From Paenibacillus sp. 1P03SA (GTDB lineage Bacteria > Bacillota > Bacilli > Paenibacillales > NBRC-103111): a DNA stretch of 40,000 nt. The notes beneath the pieces were generated by a model. It worked only from the letters and a program-made list of their open reading frames with translations. It searched no databases and had not been told where the DNA came from. The translations under genes and the position numbers were made by a program. Of the stretch, positions 9,693-17,118 are shown piece after piece; position 1 is the first letter of the stretch; the number at the start of each line of letters is the position of its first letter. Location: positions 4,931,245 through 4,971,244 of the forward strand of contig NZ_JBDFMM010000001.1 of the NCBI RefSeq assembly GCF_047238265.1, given 5' to 3'.

Positions 9693-10428
9693 ATCTCCCC
9701 TCTACTTTAATCCAGTTCAACGTATTTTTTGGCCCATAGGATTTATATGGAAGGTCTTGCACATAACTCAATTCTATTTCCCCTGCCTCAGCTAATCCCA
9801 TCAATGAAAAAATAATCGCCTTGTATATTTTCCCTTCTGATGTCAAGCACGGAATAACTGGATGAATAAATTTTTCACAGAATAGATGTAACCCACCCTC
9901 CCATGTCTCACTTCTTTCAATGATACTTTTTATTAATGAAAGTTGTGGAAGGGCGTAAAAACCGGAGTAGACACGTCTTCCCAATCCCCAACATTCCATC
10001 ATTCGCTTCCATGCATTTATTTTTTCATGACCAACTACTGTCTTAATTAACTGACTATTAACTTGGTAATGAATATTGCTCAAAAATAGTCTATCTGGCT
10101 TTACAAATAACTGTTCAAAAATAGTCGCAAATATATGATCAAGAGAATCGCTAGGTATAGTATCAGAATTCGAGATTTTCCTTAACCTTAGAAAAATTTC
10201 TTTGTTAGTCCAAGCTTTATTTTGTGACACATAAAATTGTGCTTTGTCTTTATATATGAATTGCAAATCTTCTAATACCGTCAAGGCACATTCGATTAAA
10301 GAGGTAATGTCACCCTCTTCCCTATACTGGAATTTTGTTTTCAACCCATTTGTATCCAATCCAGGCTTAGTTCTTAGTTCCTCATAAATTACTTCAATTT
10401 CTGGCCCGTAACACATCTGGAACAACAT
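9652..10428 (-). CDS. Hypothetical protein (258 aa), island-specific
   Basis: Track ORF. There is a strong RBS, GGAGGG, 6 nt before the ATG at 10428. It overlaps the 3' end of dpdA by 35 nt and the NTPase start by ~40 nt, suggesting operonic coupling. No motif recognised. Confidence 0.6.
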   Translation of the reverse strand: MLFQMCYGPEIEVIYEELRTKPGLDTNGLKTKFQYREEGDITSLIECALTVLEDLQFIYKDKAQFYVSQNKAWTNKEIFLRLRKISNSDTIPSDSLDHIFATIFEQLFVKPDRLFLSNIHYQVNSQLIKTVVGHEKINAWKRMMECWGLGRRVYSGFYALPQLSLIKSIIERSETWEGGLHLFCEKFIHPVIPCLTSEGKIYKAIIFSLMGLAEAGEIELSYVQDLPYKSYGPKNTLNWIKVEGRCDTNASLSQQKFA

Positions 10429-11326
10429 GTTCGTCCCTCCTCTGCTTATTTTCTAAAATATCTTTAAATGTTCTTGATAAGTGATAATAATTGTGGACTG
10501 ATCTTAACTTCATATATTCTCTTGGTGAAGGAATAAAAATCTGTTTTGCATTAATTTTACACACAGGGCATTCACAATGAAGTGGGTTTTCCAATCGAGG
10601 GCTTGTGGGTTTTGCTCTGGATTCTGATAGAAAAAAAGTTCTAAATGGTCTACTGTAAAATACCTGAAAGAATGCAGCGGCCATTGTTGGTCGAGTTGAA
10701 TCAAATGACTTTACTCCAATATCAACCATCGCATTAAGTTGAGGAATCCCTGTTACTCCAAAGACATGAAGGTTTGCAGATCCAACAACATCTGAAGCCC
10801 TCCTAATCATTTCAATTTGTTCAGTCTGATGTTTAAATAACAAGGACCCAATCCCAAAATTTTTATATCCCATCTTAATTAACTCATAGGCTGAAAACTC
10901 TATACTAAATTGGTCATAACCTTGTATCACTCCCATTGGTTCAACAAATTTAGGAAGCTTATACCTATTAAAGAGATTTAAATATTCGTAGGCATTAAAT
11001 AGTGTTCTTTCAATGGCCATGTAACGTTCAGATAAAGAATTCTTATTCAGCAGAGGTTCATCAAAATGAACCATTTGAATTTTGGCCGTTGAATCACAAT
11101 CTTCCAAGATTGATTGTTGAATATCAAAAACATCTTTTAGCGGGGGCCTACTCTTTTGTTTAACATAAAAAACTGATCCACAATCTAGTATTAACTTTTT
11201 GGGTTTGTTTCTATACTTCTTTACTCCTCCTCTATTGTCTGGAATTGCACTTATTAACACCGAACACGTAGGAAAGTAATCACAAAAAATTGCATCACTA
11301 TGTGACCAACCAATATAAAAATCCAC
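10394..11326 (-). CDS. dpdA: DpdA-type (TGT-fold) 7-deazaguanine DNA transglycosylase, 310 aa
   Basis: TGT hallmarks, in order, are LILDCGS (Asp region), GVIQGYD, LHVFGV and SFDSTRP. The zinc site is HCECPVC...VHNYYH (CxCxxC...H). It lacks a PUA or tRNA-binding extension and sits next to queCDE. The GTG start has AAGGAGGG upstream. Confidence 0.78.
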   Translation of the reverse strand: MDFYIGWSHSDAIFCDYFPTCSVLISAIPDNRGGVKKYRNKPKKLILDCGSVFYVKQKSRPPLKDVFDIQQSILEDCDSTAKIQMVHFDEPLLNKNSLSERYMAIERTLFNAYEYLNLFNRYKLPKFVEPMGVIQGYDQFSIEFSAYELIKMGYKNFGIGSLLFKHQTEQIEMIRRASDVVGSANLHVFGVTGIPQLNAMVDIGVKSFDSTRPTMAAAFFQVFYSRPFRTFFLSESRAKPTSPRLENPLHCECPVCKINAKQIFIPSPREYMKLRSVHNYYHLSRTFKDILENKQRRDEHVVPDVLRARN

Positions 11327-11341
11327 ACTACGCCCTCCTTT

Positions 11342-11361
11342 TTATACGTGATTATACGTGA
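11342..11361 (-). promoter_or_regulatory. Perfect tandem decamer (TCACGTATAA x2 on the minus strand) in the dpdA promoter/leader; candidate operator
   Basis: The plus strand reads ttatacgtga ttatacgtga. The repeat lies between an extended -10-like TGCTAAAAT (11377-11369) and the dpdA RBS. One copy itself creates a TATAAT (11356-11351). Confidence 0.55.
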
Positions 11362-11400
11362 TAATTGAATTTTAGCATATTTTTCTTCATACAACTACTC

Positions 11401-11436
11401 TAAAAATATAAAAAAAGAAGCCCTCAGGCTTCTTTT
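11401..11436 (-). terminator. Rho-independent terminator ending the transporter-distal transcription unit (after the 264-aa gene)
   Basis: On the minus strand the sequence is AAAAGAAGCC-TGAG-GGCTTCTTTT followed by TTTATATTTTT. The stop codon TGA of the 264-aa ORF lies in the loop. Confidence 0.7.
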
Positions 11437-12218
11437 ATCCATTGTCTCCATATTTCATATATTAATCCGCGTTGTTCATCATTAAATTTAAATCGGCCAT
11501 TATTTACATGTAAAACAGGGTTATCTCTATCAAAAAACTTGCCACTCCATTTTTCAAAATGAAATTTCTTTAATAGCAATGGCCGCGGCAAATTCGTCAT
11601 TTGAGAACCAGCAATCCATTGTTCGATGAAATATCTAATATAGCAGTACCACGCTATAGAGGAGTCAGCAATAGATTTTTTTCGGAACTGTTTTCTTTCT
11701 ATTACAGAAAGGTATCCTAATTCAGGGTAATCATTCATTAAAGAGTCAACGTATTTAATTAAATCTTTGGCTAATTGAGGGTATAAACTACGCTCAATTC
11801 GATAGTTTAGAAAATCTTCAAAAATATCATGTAGCGATCTAATGGTCATTAGCTTAGTGGAGTTGCTACTTATTTTTTCTCCCATCTCAATTAACCGTTC
11901 AAAACGCTGATAGGACATTAATTGATGTACGCAGTAACTAGGGAATTGTTGGACTTCAGATACAATTAGAACAACATATTCATCACCTTTACTACCGTTG
12001 GGCAATTTGTATGTAAACTGTGGGTTTGTCACTTGTAATTTATTGTTCATTAAATTTACAACAGTATCATAATTGATTAAAATGACGTCTTCGCCAATTA
12101 CATCAGACTGAATTACAGGAAAACCCCAGTCTTTAATAGCACCTAATGGCAGTACTGTAAAATAAACATCATCATTCTTTCTGGTTAAATTGCTTACGTT
12201 TTCAAAAGTAAAAACCAT
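11424..12218 (-). CDS. Hypothetical protein (264 aa), island-specific
   Basis: Track ORF. The RBS GGGGGA lies 6 nt before the ATG at 12218. No motif recognised. Confidence 0.6.
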   Translation of the reverse strand: MVFTFENVSNLTRKNDDVYFTVLPLGAIKDWGFPVIQSDVIGEDVILINYDTVVNLMNNKLQVTNPQFTYKLPNGSKGDEYVVLIVSEVQQFPSYCVHQLMSYQRFERLIEMGEKISSNSTKLMTIRSLHDIFEDFLNYRIERSLYPQLAKDLIKYVDSLMNDYPELGYLSVIERKQFRKKSIADSSIAWYCYIRYFIEQWIAGSQMTNLPRPLLLKKFHFEKWSGKFFDRDNPVLHVNNGRFKFNDEQRGLIYEIWRQWIKEA

Positions 12219-12233
12219 GGAATTTCCCCCAAC

Positions 12234-12272
12234 GCAAATATGCCTTAGTGTACCACACTAAGGCATATTTGC
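12234..12272 (-). repeat. Perfect 18-bp inverted repeat (3-nt loop) between the 684-aa and 264-aa genes
   Basis: The arms are gcaaatatgccttagtgt / acactaaggcatatttgc. The repeat starts 3 nt after the TAG of the 684-aa ORF and ends just before the RBS of the next gene. No U-tract follows on the minus strand. Confidence 0.8.
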
Positions 12273-12275
12273 GCA

Positions 12276-14312
12276 CTATTTATTCCACCGTTTCTTCAAT
12301 TCCTGAATCTGACTGTAGTATACATGAGTATTATGAAAGCCTCTTCGTCTGTTCCTATTGTTACCTCTGAATACTATCACATCAATTCCAATTTCCCTAC
12401 ATATATTACAACTGCATTGTTCCCATGGTCGTTCAGATAAAACCTCTCTATACAAATCCTCATGAACATCGCGCTTTTCGCCAAGTATTTTGTCATATTC
12501 CAGTATAGCTTCAAGTGTAGAATCTAACTCCCTTGTCCCCGTGCTGAATTCCCTAAGAGCACCTAATGCCTCTTGTTCAAGCCTTCTATATTCCACAAAC
12601 TCTATTTCATCACTATTTTGCAACATTTTTTTCACTCTTCCAGATGTTTCTTTCGCTTCTGGAATTCTAATTGCTGTATAGTGTTTACCACTCAAAGAGT
12701 GGTAATTATGTCCTGTTCCTAACCATGCCCTTCTCAACGGTGAAGAAGAGTCAAATGATGTTACACCCAATTTATGAAAAGACTCCATTGTTCTCACATC
12801 TCGCGCAACCCCGAACAAGTGCATTCGAAACGTAGGACTTGGAATAATAGGAGCTATCTCTTTTAGAATTTCATATATTTTTTCAGACTGTTCTCTGGCT
12901 AAACCTCCTAAGGCAATATAGTCATAACCTAATCCAATAAGATACTCGACCGCTCTTCGGAAAGAGGGTGGGTCCCAGCCTTGGACTATTCCTATCGGAT
13001 GGAACTGATAGTTCTTTGTTTCTCTATTTTCCCTATACATACGTAAAAATTCTTCCGCCATCGTAAGGGTTAGTTCATAGCGCTGATTTCGAGTATTTTC
13101 ATCTTTCTGGAAGGGTCCCACTATTAGATGGTCAATAGATACACCATAATCAAAACCTAAAGTATGATAGTAATCCATAATTTCTTCGGTCGTATAAGGT
13201 GGTACATCTTTATCAATATAACTAAAAGCGCCACAATCACCCATAATAGGATACTCTCTAGGTAGTTTATAAAAATCGTGCAAGCCCATATCTTTAATCA
13301 TCTGATTTTTTTGTTTGGTGGCACTATCAATATTCACTTTAGAAACGAGCAACCCATCAAACTGAGGTCTATCAAAAATCTGATGAGCATACACATCATT
13401 TTCTAATGGATTTCTATTTTTTTCTGAGAAATCAGCCATAAAATCATAATTAGGATCTACCCTATCATCATTTTCTGGAAGATAGAACCTTGGTTCCTCG
13501 ATGCAATTTATAGCAACCAACTCATCTGGTACAGGGAACATTTCATTGTAAAACTTTAATAGATCTTCTTTATCCGATGAGTCACTAAATAGCTCAGGTT
13601 GTTTAATTGAAGCAATTGAATCTAAAATAAACGATCTAATTTGATCAGGATGATGGGCTATTGTATCCCATTTCTGATCAATATTAGCTGTAATAGTACT
13701 CCTCAATAAATGTGCGAAAAGATACCCTTTAATACCTATCAATCCATATTTAAATGTTTTAGCTTCTTTTTCTCCAATAGTTAATACATGATAATCGTCC
13801 CAATTTAGAATTCTAGAACGACTGGATGCTCCAGCAAAAAAGATAGCTTTTTGATTTTTTTTAAGCTTTAGTGGCCACTCTACAGCTTGTAGATACTTAT
13901 CTCCGAGCAAGAAAAAAATAATATCGTATTCAGCAACCTTTTTTTGTAGTGCCTGTGTGATTTTGAGTTCACGCGCCCATTTTTTTATAGTCTGCGAATC
14001 CATTGTATTAAAAGTCACTTCATAGGGAACAATTTGCGCATCTTCATTCAGAAGGCCATAACCCGCTGAAATTATGCAAAGGTCAATATTTCCACCCTTT
14101 TGCCTATATTCTTTAATACCAGTCATTAGCGCAAGATGCTGACTACCTGTGTACATTTCATCAGCACGTTCTTTGAATTCCAATAATTCTTCTTCTCTTT
14201 GTTTTAATACATCTTTATTCTTGAAATCATCAAATACAAGCTGATTTATCGGTTTATGCAACTTCTCTCCAGTACAAGAAGTGACAACAAGAATACGTTT
14301 CGACAAAAACAT
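12276..14312 (-). CDS. Fusion protein with an unknown ~340-aa N-terminal domain plus a C-terminal TGT/DpdA-type transglycosylase domain
   Basis: The C-terminal half has IMGDCGAFSY, GIVQGWD, MHLFGVARD, SFDSSSP and the zinc site CSCNIC...FHNTH, in the same motif order as the 310-aa DpdA. The N-terminal half has VVTSCTGEK ... IISAGYGLL ... VPYEVTF. I prefer the ATG at 14312 as start. The GTG at 14330 directly abuts the upstream terminator and has no RBS. Confidence 0.8.
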   Translation of the reverse strand: MFLSKRILVVTSCTGEKLHKPINQLVFDDFKNKDVLKQREEELLEFKERADEMYTGSQHLALMTGIKEYRQKGGNIDLCIISAGYGLLNEDAQIVPYEVTFNTMDSQTIKKWARELKITQALQKKVAEYDIIFFLLGDKYLQAVEWPLKLKKNQKAIFFAGASSRSRILNWDDYHVLTIGEKEAKTFKYGLIGIKGYLFAHLLRSTITANIDQKWDTIAHHPDQIRSFILDSIASIKQPELFSDSSDKEDLLKFYNEMFPVPDELVAINCIEEPRFYLPENDDRVDPNYDFMADFSEKNRNPLENDVYAHQIFDRPQFDGLLVSKVNIDSATKQKNQMIKDMGLHDFYKLPREYPIMGDCGAFSYIDKDVPPYTTEEIMDYYHTLGFDYGVSIDHLIVGPFQKDENTRNQRYELTLTMAEEFLRMYRENRETKNYQFHPIGIVQGWDPPSFRRAVEYLIGLGYDYIALGGLAREQSEKIYEILKEIAPIIPSPTFRMHLFGVARDVRTMESFHKLGVTSFDSSSPLRRAWLGTGHNYHSLSGKHYTAIRIPEAKETSGRVKKMLQNSDEIEFVEYRRLEQEALGALREFSTGTRELDSTLEAILEYDKILGEKRDVHEDLYREVLSERPWEQCSCNICREIGIDVIVFRGNNRNRRRGFHNTHVYYSQIQELKKRWNK

Positions 14313-14330
14313 CCCATCCTTTATTAACAC

Positions 14331-14360
14331 AATATAAAATAGGGCGAGAGCGCCCTATTT
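14331..14360 (-). terminator. Rho-independent terminator after the transporter gene
   Basis: On the minus strand the sequence is AAATAGGGCG-CTCT-CGCCCTATTT followed by TATATT. Confidence 0.6.
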
Positions 14361-14381
14361 ATAAACAGCTTTTGCTTTGTT

Positions 14382-14900
14382 TTAAAAAAATTTTTTTACA
14401 ATCATTGCAGCGAATAATTGAACCAATGTTTTAACAATGATTTGACCGACAATAGCCAAAAACACAGCATTCCATGCAAGAATATTGGCTCCCAATGGGG
14501 ATAGACCAACAACAACAAAAATAATACTATCTAATATTCCTCCAACAATCCCGCTGTATGCTACCCTCATATGAAAAGGTAGTTTAAGACGTGAATAGAT
14601 TTCGGTATCTGTGGTCTCAGATACTGCGAATGTAATAATTGAAGCAAACACAATCCAAAGTGTGTCACCAAGTAAATATGATGTTAATGCTGATAAAACC
14701 ATTGCTATTAAAATAAATAAATAAGTCTTCTGCCGACCAACATAATTTTGTACAAAATCGCGGAATATAAATGTTGCCCCTATTATAAAAGTCCCTGCCG
14801 GAATAATGAAAGGACCGATAAAAAACGGGGGTACTCCTGCTGTCACGACATTTGATGAAATAATAGCTATTAAATAAGCTATAATTGTTAAGTATTTAAT
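14382..14900 (-). CDS. yhhQ: YhhQ/VUT-family queuosine-precursor (preQ0/preQ1) transporter
   Basis: Polytopic membrane protein with GTFIIGATFIFRDFVQNYVG and ETTDTEIY-type motifs recalled from YhhQ. The track ORF starts at GTG 14846. However, the in-frame upstream codons encode a first TM segment (KYLTIIAYLIAIISSNVV), and AGAGGTGA lies 7 nt before an ATT at 14900, so the 5' end is uncertain. Confidence 0.72.
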   Translation of the reverse strand: MKYLTIIAYLIAIISSNVVTAGVPPFFIGPFIIPAGTFIIGATFIFRDFVQNYVGRQKTYLFILIAMVLSALTSYLLGDTLWIVFASIITFAVSETTDTEIYSRLKLPFHMRVAYSGIVGGILDSIIFVVVGLSPLGANILAWNAVFLAIVGQIIVKTLVQLFAAMIVKKFF

Positions 14901-14933
14901 TTTACATCACCTCTTCATTTCTATCCATCACTA

Positions 14934-14942
14934 ATTATAACA
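14934..14942 (-). promoter_or_regulatory. Extended -10 promoter element (TGTTATAAT) for the transporter gene
   Basis: TGTTATAAT is read on the minus strand, ~30 nt upstream of the RBS. There is no good -35. Confidence 0.45.
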
Positions 14943-15289
14943 TCACTTTTTGTTCCGAGCTACCCTCGCCAGACTAATTAATTTATCCAATCGTTGGCTA
15001 GTTTGGGGTACAAAAACATCTCGTTCTTCTTGATAACCTATCAAATCGAGTTAATTTAATTGCTATATTAACCTTCCATACATTACCCTACTCATCCCCA
15101 TCAAACAATTCCGATAAACCACCTGTCCACGGATGAAGGATACATCGGCCACCTTGCCATTCCCATTTCCGGAACAACCTTGACACAGAAGCATTACTAC
15201 AACAATGAACATTTATGGCCACGCTCATGGGACTGTCGATCAAGCTGCTGCTGCTGATAAATTCGAATTATTCTTTACATCTAAACCTC

Positions 15290-15332
15290 CACAAAGACAA
15301 TAAGAAGACGCCTAGGTTCCCCTGGCGTCTTC
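15290..15332 (-). terminator. Rho-independent terminator of rlmCD; last core-genome element before the island
   Basis: On the minus strand GAAGACGCC...GGCGTCTTC forms a 9-bp stem (15304-15312/15324-15332) followed by TTATTGTCTTTG. Confidence 0.6.
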
Positions 15333-15457
15333 GGTTCATTTAGGCTGATTTCTAATCGATTTTCACATTGATTTTACATCAAACCTATATTTCGCCCCAT
15401 GTACTACTGATATTTTTTATCTCTACCATATCGAATAACCCAGTAAATATACGGTTT

Positions 15458-17113
15458 TTAATGCTCTGTACCATCCATCACCAACAAAGCCACCGACTCG
15501 ACATGCACAGTATGCGGAAACATATCCACCGGCTGAACACAGACGGTGCGGAAAGCACCATCCTCGAGCACGCGCAAATCGCGCGCGAGGGTCGAGGCGT
15601 TGCACGACACATAGACGACCCGCTCCGGACGGAGCTGGAGGATCGTGTCGAGCAGTCGCTCGTCGCAGCCTTTGCGGGGCGGATCGACGACGATGACGTC
15701 GGGACGAACGCCCGCGCGCTGCCACTCGGGGAGGACGTCCTCCGCTCCTCCCACAGCAAACTCCGCGTTGCGGATACCGTTCAGCTCCGCGTTGCGTTTC
15801 GCGTCTTCGATCGCCTCCGGCACGATCTCGACGCCGTATACCTTCTTTGCATGCTTGGCCAAGAAGAGCGAAATGGTGCCGATGCCGCAGTACGCATCGA
15901 CCACGGTTTCGCCGCCAGTCAGCCCGGCATATTCGAGCGCTTTACTATAAAGCGCCTCGGTTTGTACCGGGTTGACCTGGAAGAACGAGCGGGCTGAGAT
16001 AGCAAACTTGACGTCTCCGATATAATCGTAGATGACTTCCCGGCCCCAGAGAACGCGCGTCGTCGCTCCGAAGATGACATTGGTCCGTCCAGTGTTGACG
16101 TTCTGGCAAATGCTTGCCACGCCCGGTATCGCCGCGCGAATCTGCTCGATCCATTCCTCCGCATGCGGAATCTCTTTGCCGTTTGTAACGAGTACGACCA
16201 TGATCTCGCCCGTGCGGAAGCCGACTTTTACGACGACATGCCGAAGCAGTCCTTCGTGTGTTTCTTCCCGGTAAGCGCGAATACCGAGTCCGCGGCCAAT
16301 TTCTTTGACCTTGGCGATGACTTCATCGTTGTTCGCATGCTGGATCAGACAAGCTTCCATGTCAATAATCCGGTGGCTGCCCTGCGCGTAAAATCCGCCG
16401 ACAAGCCCGCCCTGCTCCTCGCCAAAAGGAACCTGAGCTTTATTCCGGTATCTCCACGGATCGCTCATGCCAATGGTCGGATACACGACGATACCGTCCT
16501 CCTCGGAAGCACGCTCTGGAGTAGTATTGCCGTCAACCATACCAACACTTAATACAGCGGCATCTCCAACTACATTTCCTGCCTCCGCATCCGCTTCTTT
16601 AGCCACCTTAAGCTTCCCGATCCGCTCCAGGTTGTCCACGACGAGCTGGCGCTTTACCTTCAGTTGAGCCGCATAGTCCAAGTGCTGTAGCTGGCAGCCG
16701 CCGCACTTGTCGTAGATCGGGCACGGCGCGCCGACACGGTCCGGGCTCGATTCCAATACTTCAAGCAGTTTGGCGTAGCCGTACTGCTTTTTGAGCTTGA
16801 GCACCTTGAGACGCACCCGCTCACCCGGCAGGGCACCGGGAACAAAAAGGGTGAAGCCTTCGACGCGGCCCACGCCTTCTCCGTCATGCCCGATACCGAT
16901 GATCTCGGCGGTATACTCGCCGTTCTTCTCCACCGGCAGACCTGCCAGCGCAGCGGAGCGTTTGCTCCCGGCTTGAGGTGCGGATGTCCGCTCTGCCCGG
17001 GCTCTTCCGCCGAGATTTTGCCCCCGCGAAGCCTCACCCTGCCGCCTACCCGACGTCACCCCGCCCTGCGGTTTCCCCGCAGACGCGCCGCCCCGCCGTT
17101 TATTTTTACTCAT
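15458..17113 (-). CDS. rlmCD: 23S rRNA (uracil-C5)-methyltransferase RlmCD (RumA family) with a basic N-terminal extension
   Basis: TRAM-like region, Fe-S motif [14 protein letters not shown], and a SAM-MTase C-terminus ([18 protein letters not shown]). Confidence 0.9.
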   Translation of the reverse strand: MSKNKRRGGASAGKPQGGVTSGRRQGEASRGQNLGGRARAERTSAPQAGSKRSAALAGLPVEKNGEYTAEIIGIGHDGEGVGRVEGFTLFVPGALPGERVRLKVLKLKKQYGYAKLLEVLESSPDRVGAPCPIYDKCGGCQLQHLDYAAQLKVKRQLVVDNLERIGKLKVAKEADAEAGNVVGDAAVLSVGMVDGNTTPERASEEDGIVVYPTIGMSDPWRYRNKAQVPFGEEQGGLVGGFYAQGSHRIIDMEACLIQHANNDEVIAKVKEIGRGLGIRAYREETHEGLLRHVVVKVGFRTGEIMVVLVTNGKEIPHAEEWIEQIRAAIPGVASICQNVNTGRTNVIFGATTRVLWGREVIYDYIGDVKFAISARSFFQVNPVQTEALYSKALEYAGLTGGETVVDAYCGIGTISLFLAKHAKKVYGVEIVPEAIEDAKRNAELNGIRNAEFAVGGAEDVLPEWQRAGVRPDVIVVDPPRKGCDERLLDTILQLRPERVVYVSCNASTLARDLRVLEDGAFRTVCVQPVDMFPHTVHVESVALLVMDGTEH

Positions 17114-17118
17114 ATCGT

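Larger units (their letters stand above)
1..15100 (-). other. AT-rich genomic island, right-hand part (left end outside the window), carrying a Dpd-like 7-deazaguanine gene set
   Basis: There is an abrupt, visible change from AT-rich to GC-rich sequence between ~14.95 and ~15.3 kb. All island genes are co-oriented on the minus strand, and their AT-rich codon usage is unlike the flanking genes. No integrase, tRNA or att repeat is visible in this window. Confidence 0.7.

Noticed and set aside
1224-10704. Short ORFs inside or antisense to island genes (1224-1424, 3983-4171, 4779-4970, 4870-5100, 5192-5404, 5674-5865, 7670-7921, 8496-8714, 9064-9357, 10510-10704, 12490-12681)
   Set aside because: All are nested within well-supported longer genes and lack an RBS.
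14955-14970. Possible preQ1-I riboswitch upstream of the precursor transporter (hairpin CGAG-GGTAG-CTCG followed by the A-rich tail GAACAAAAAG)
   Set aside because: The hairpin lies upstream of the best promoter element (TGTTATAAT at 14934-14942), so it would not be in the mRNA. The loop is only 5 nt, and the conserved loop and tail nucleotides of preQ1-I are not present.
15100-15300. Possible gene remnant at the island junction (start-less ~57-codon frame ending in SSCCC; 32-aa MNIYGHAHG... ORF)
   Set aside because: It is too short, has no start or RBS, and has no motif I can assign. It is mentioned only as junction sequence.
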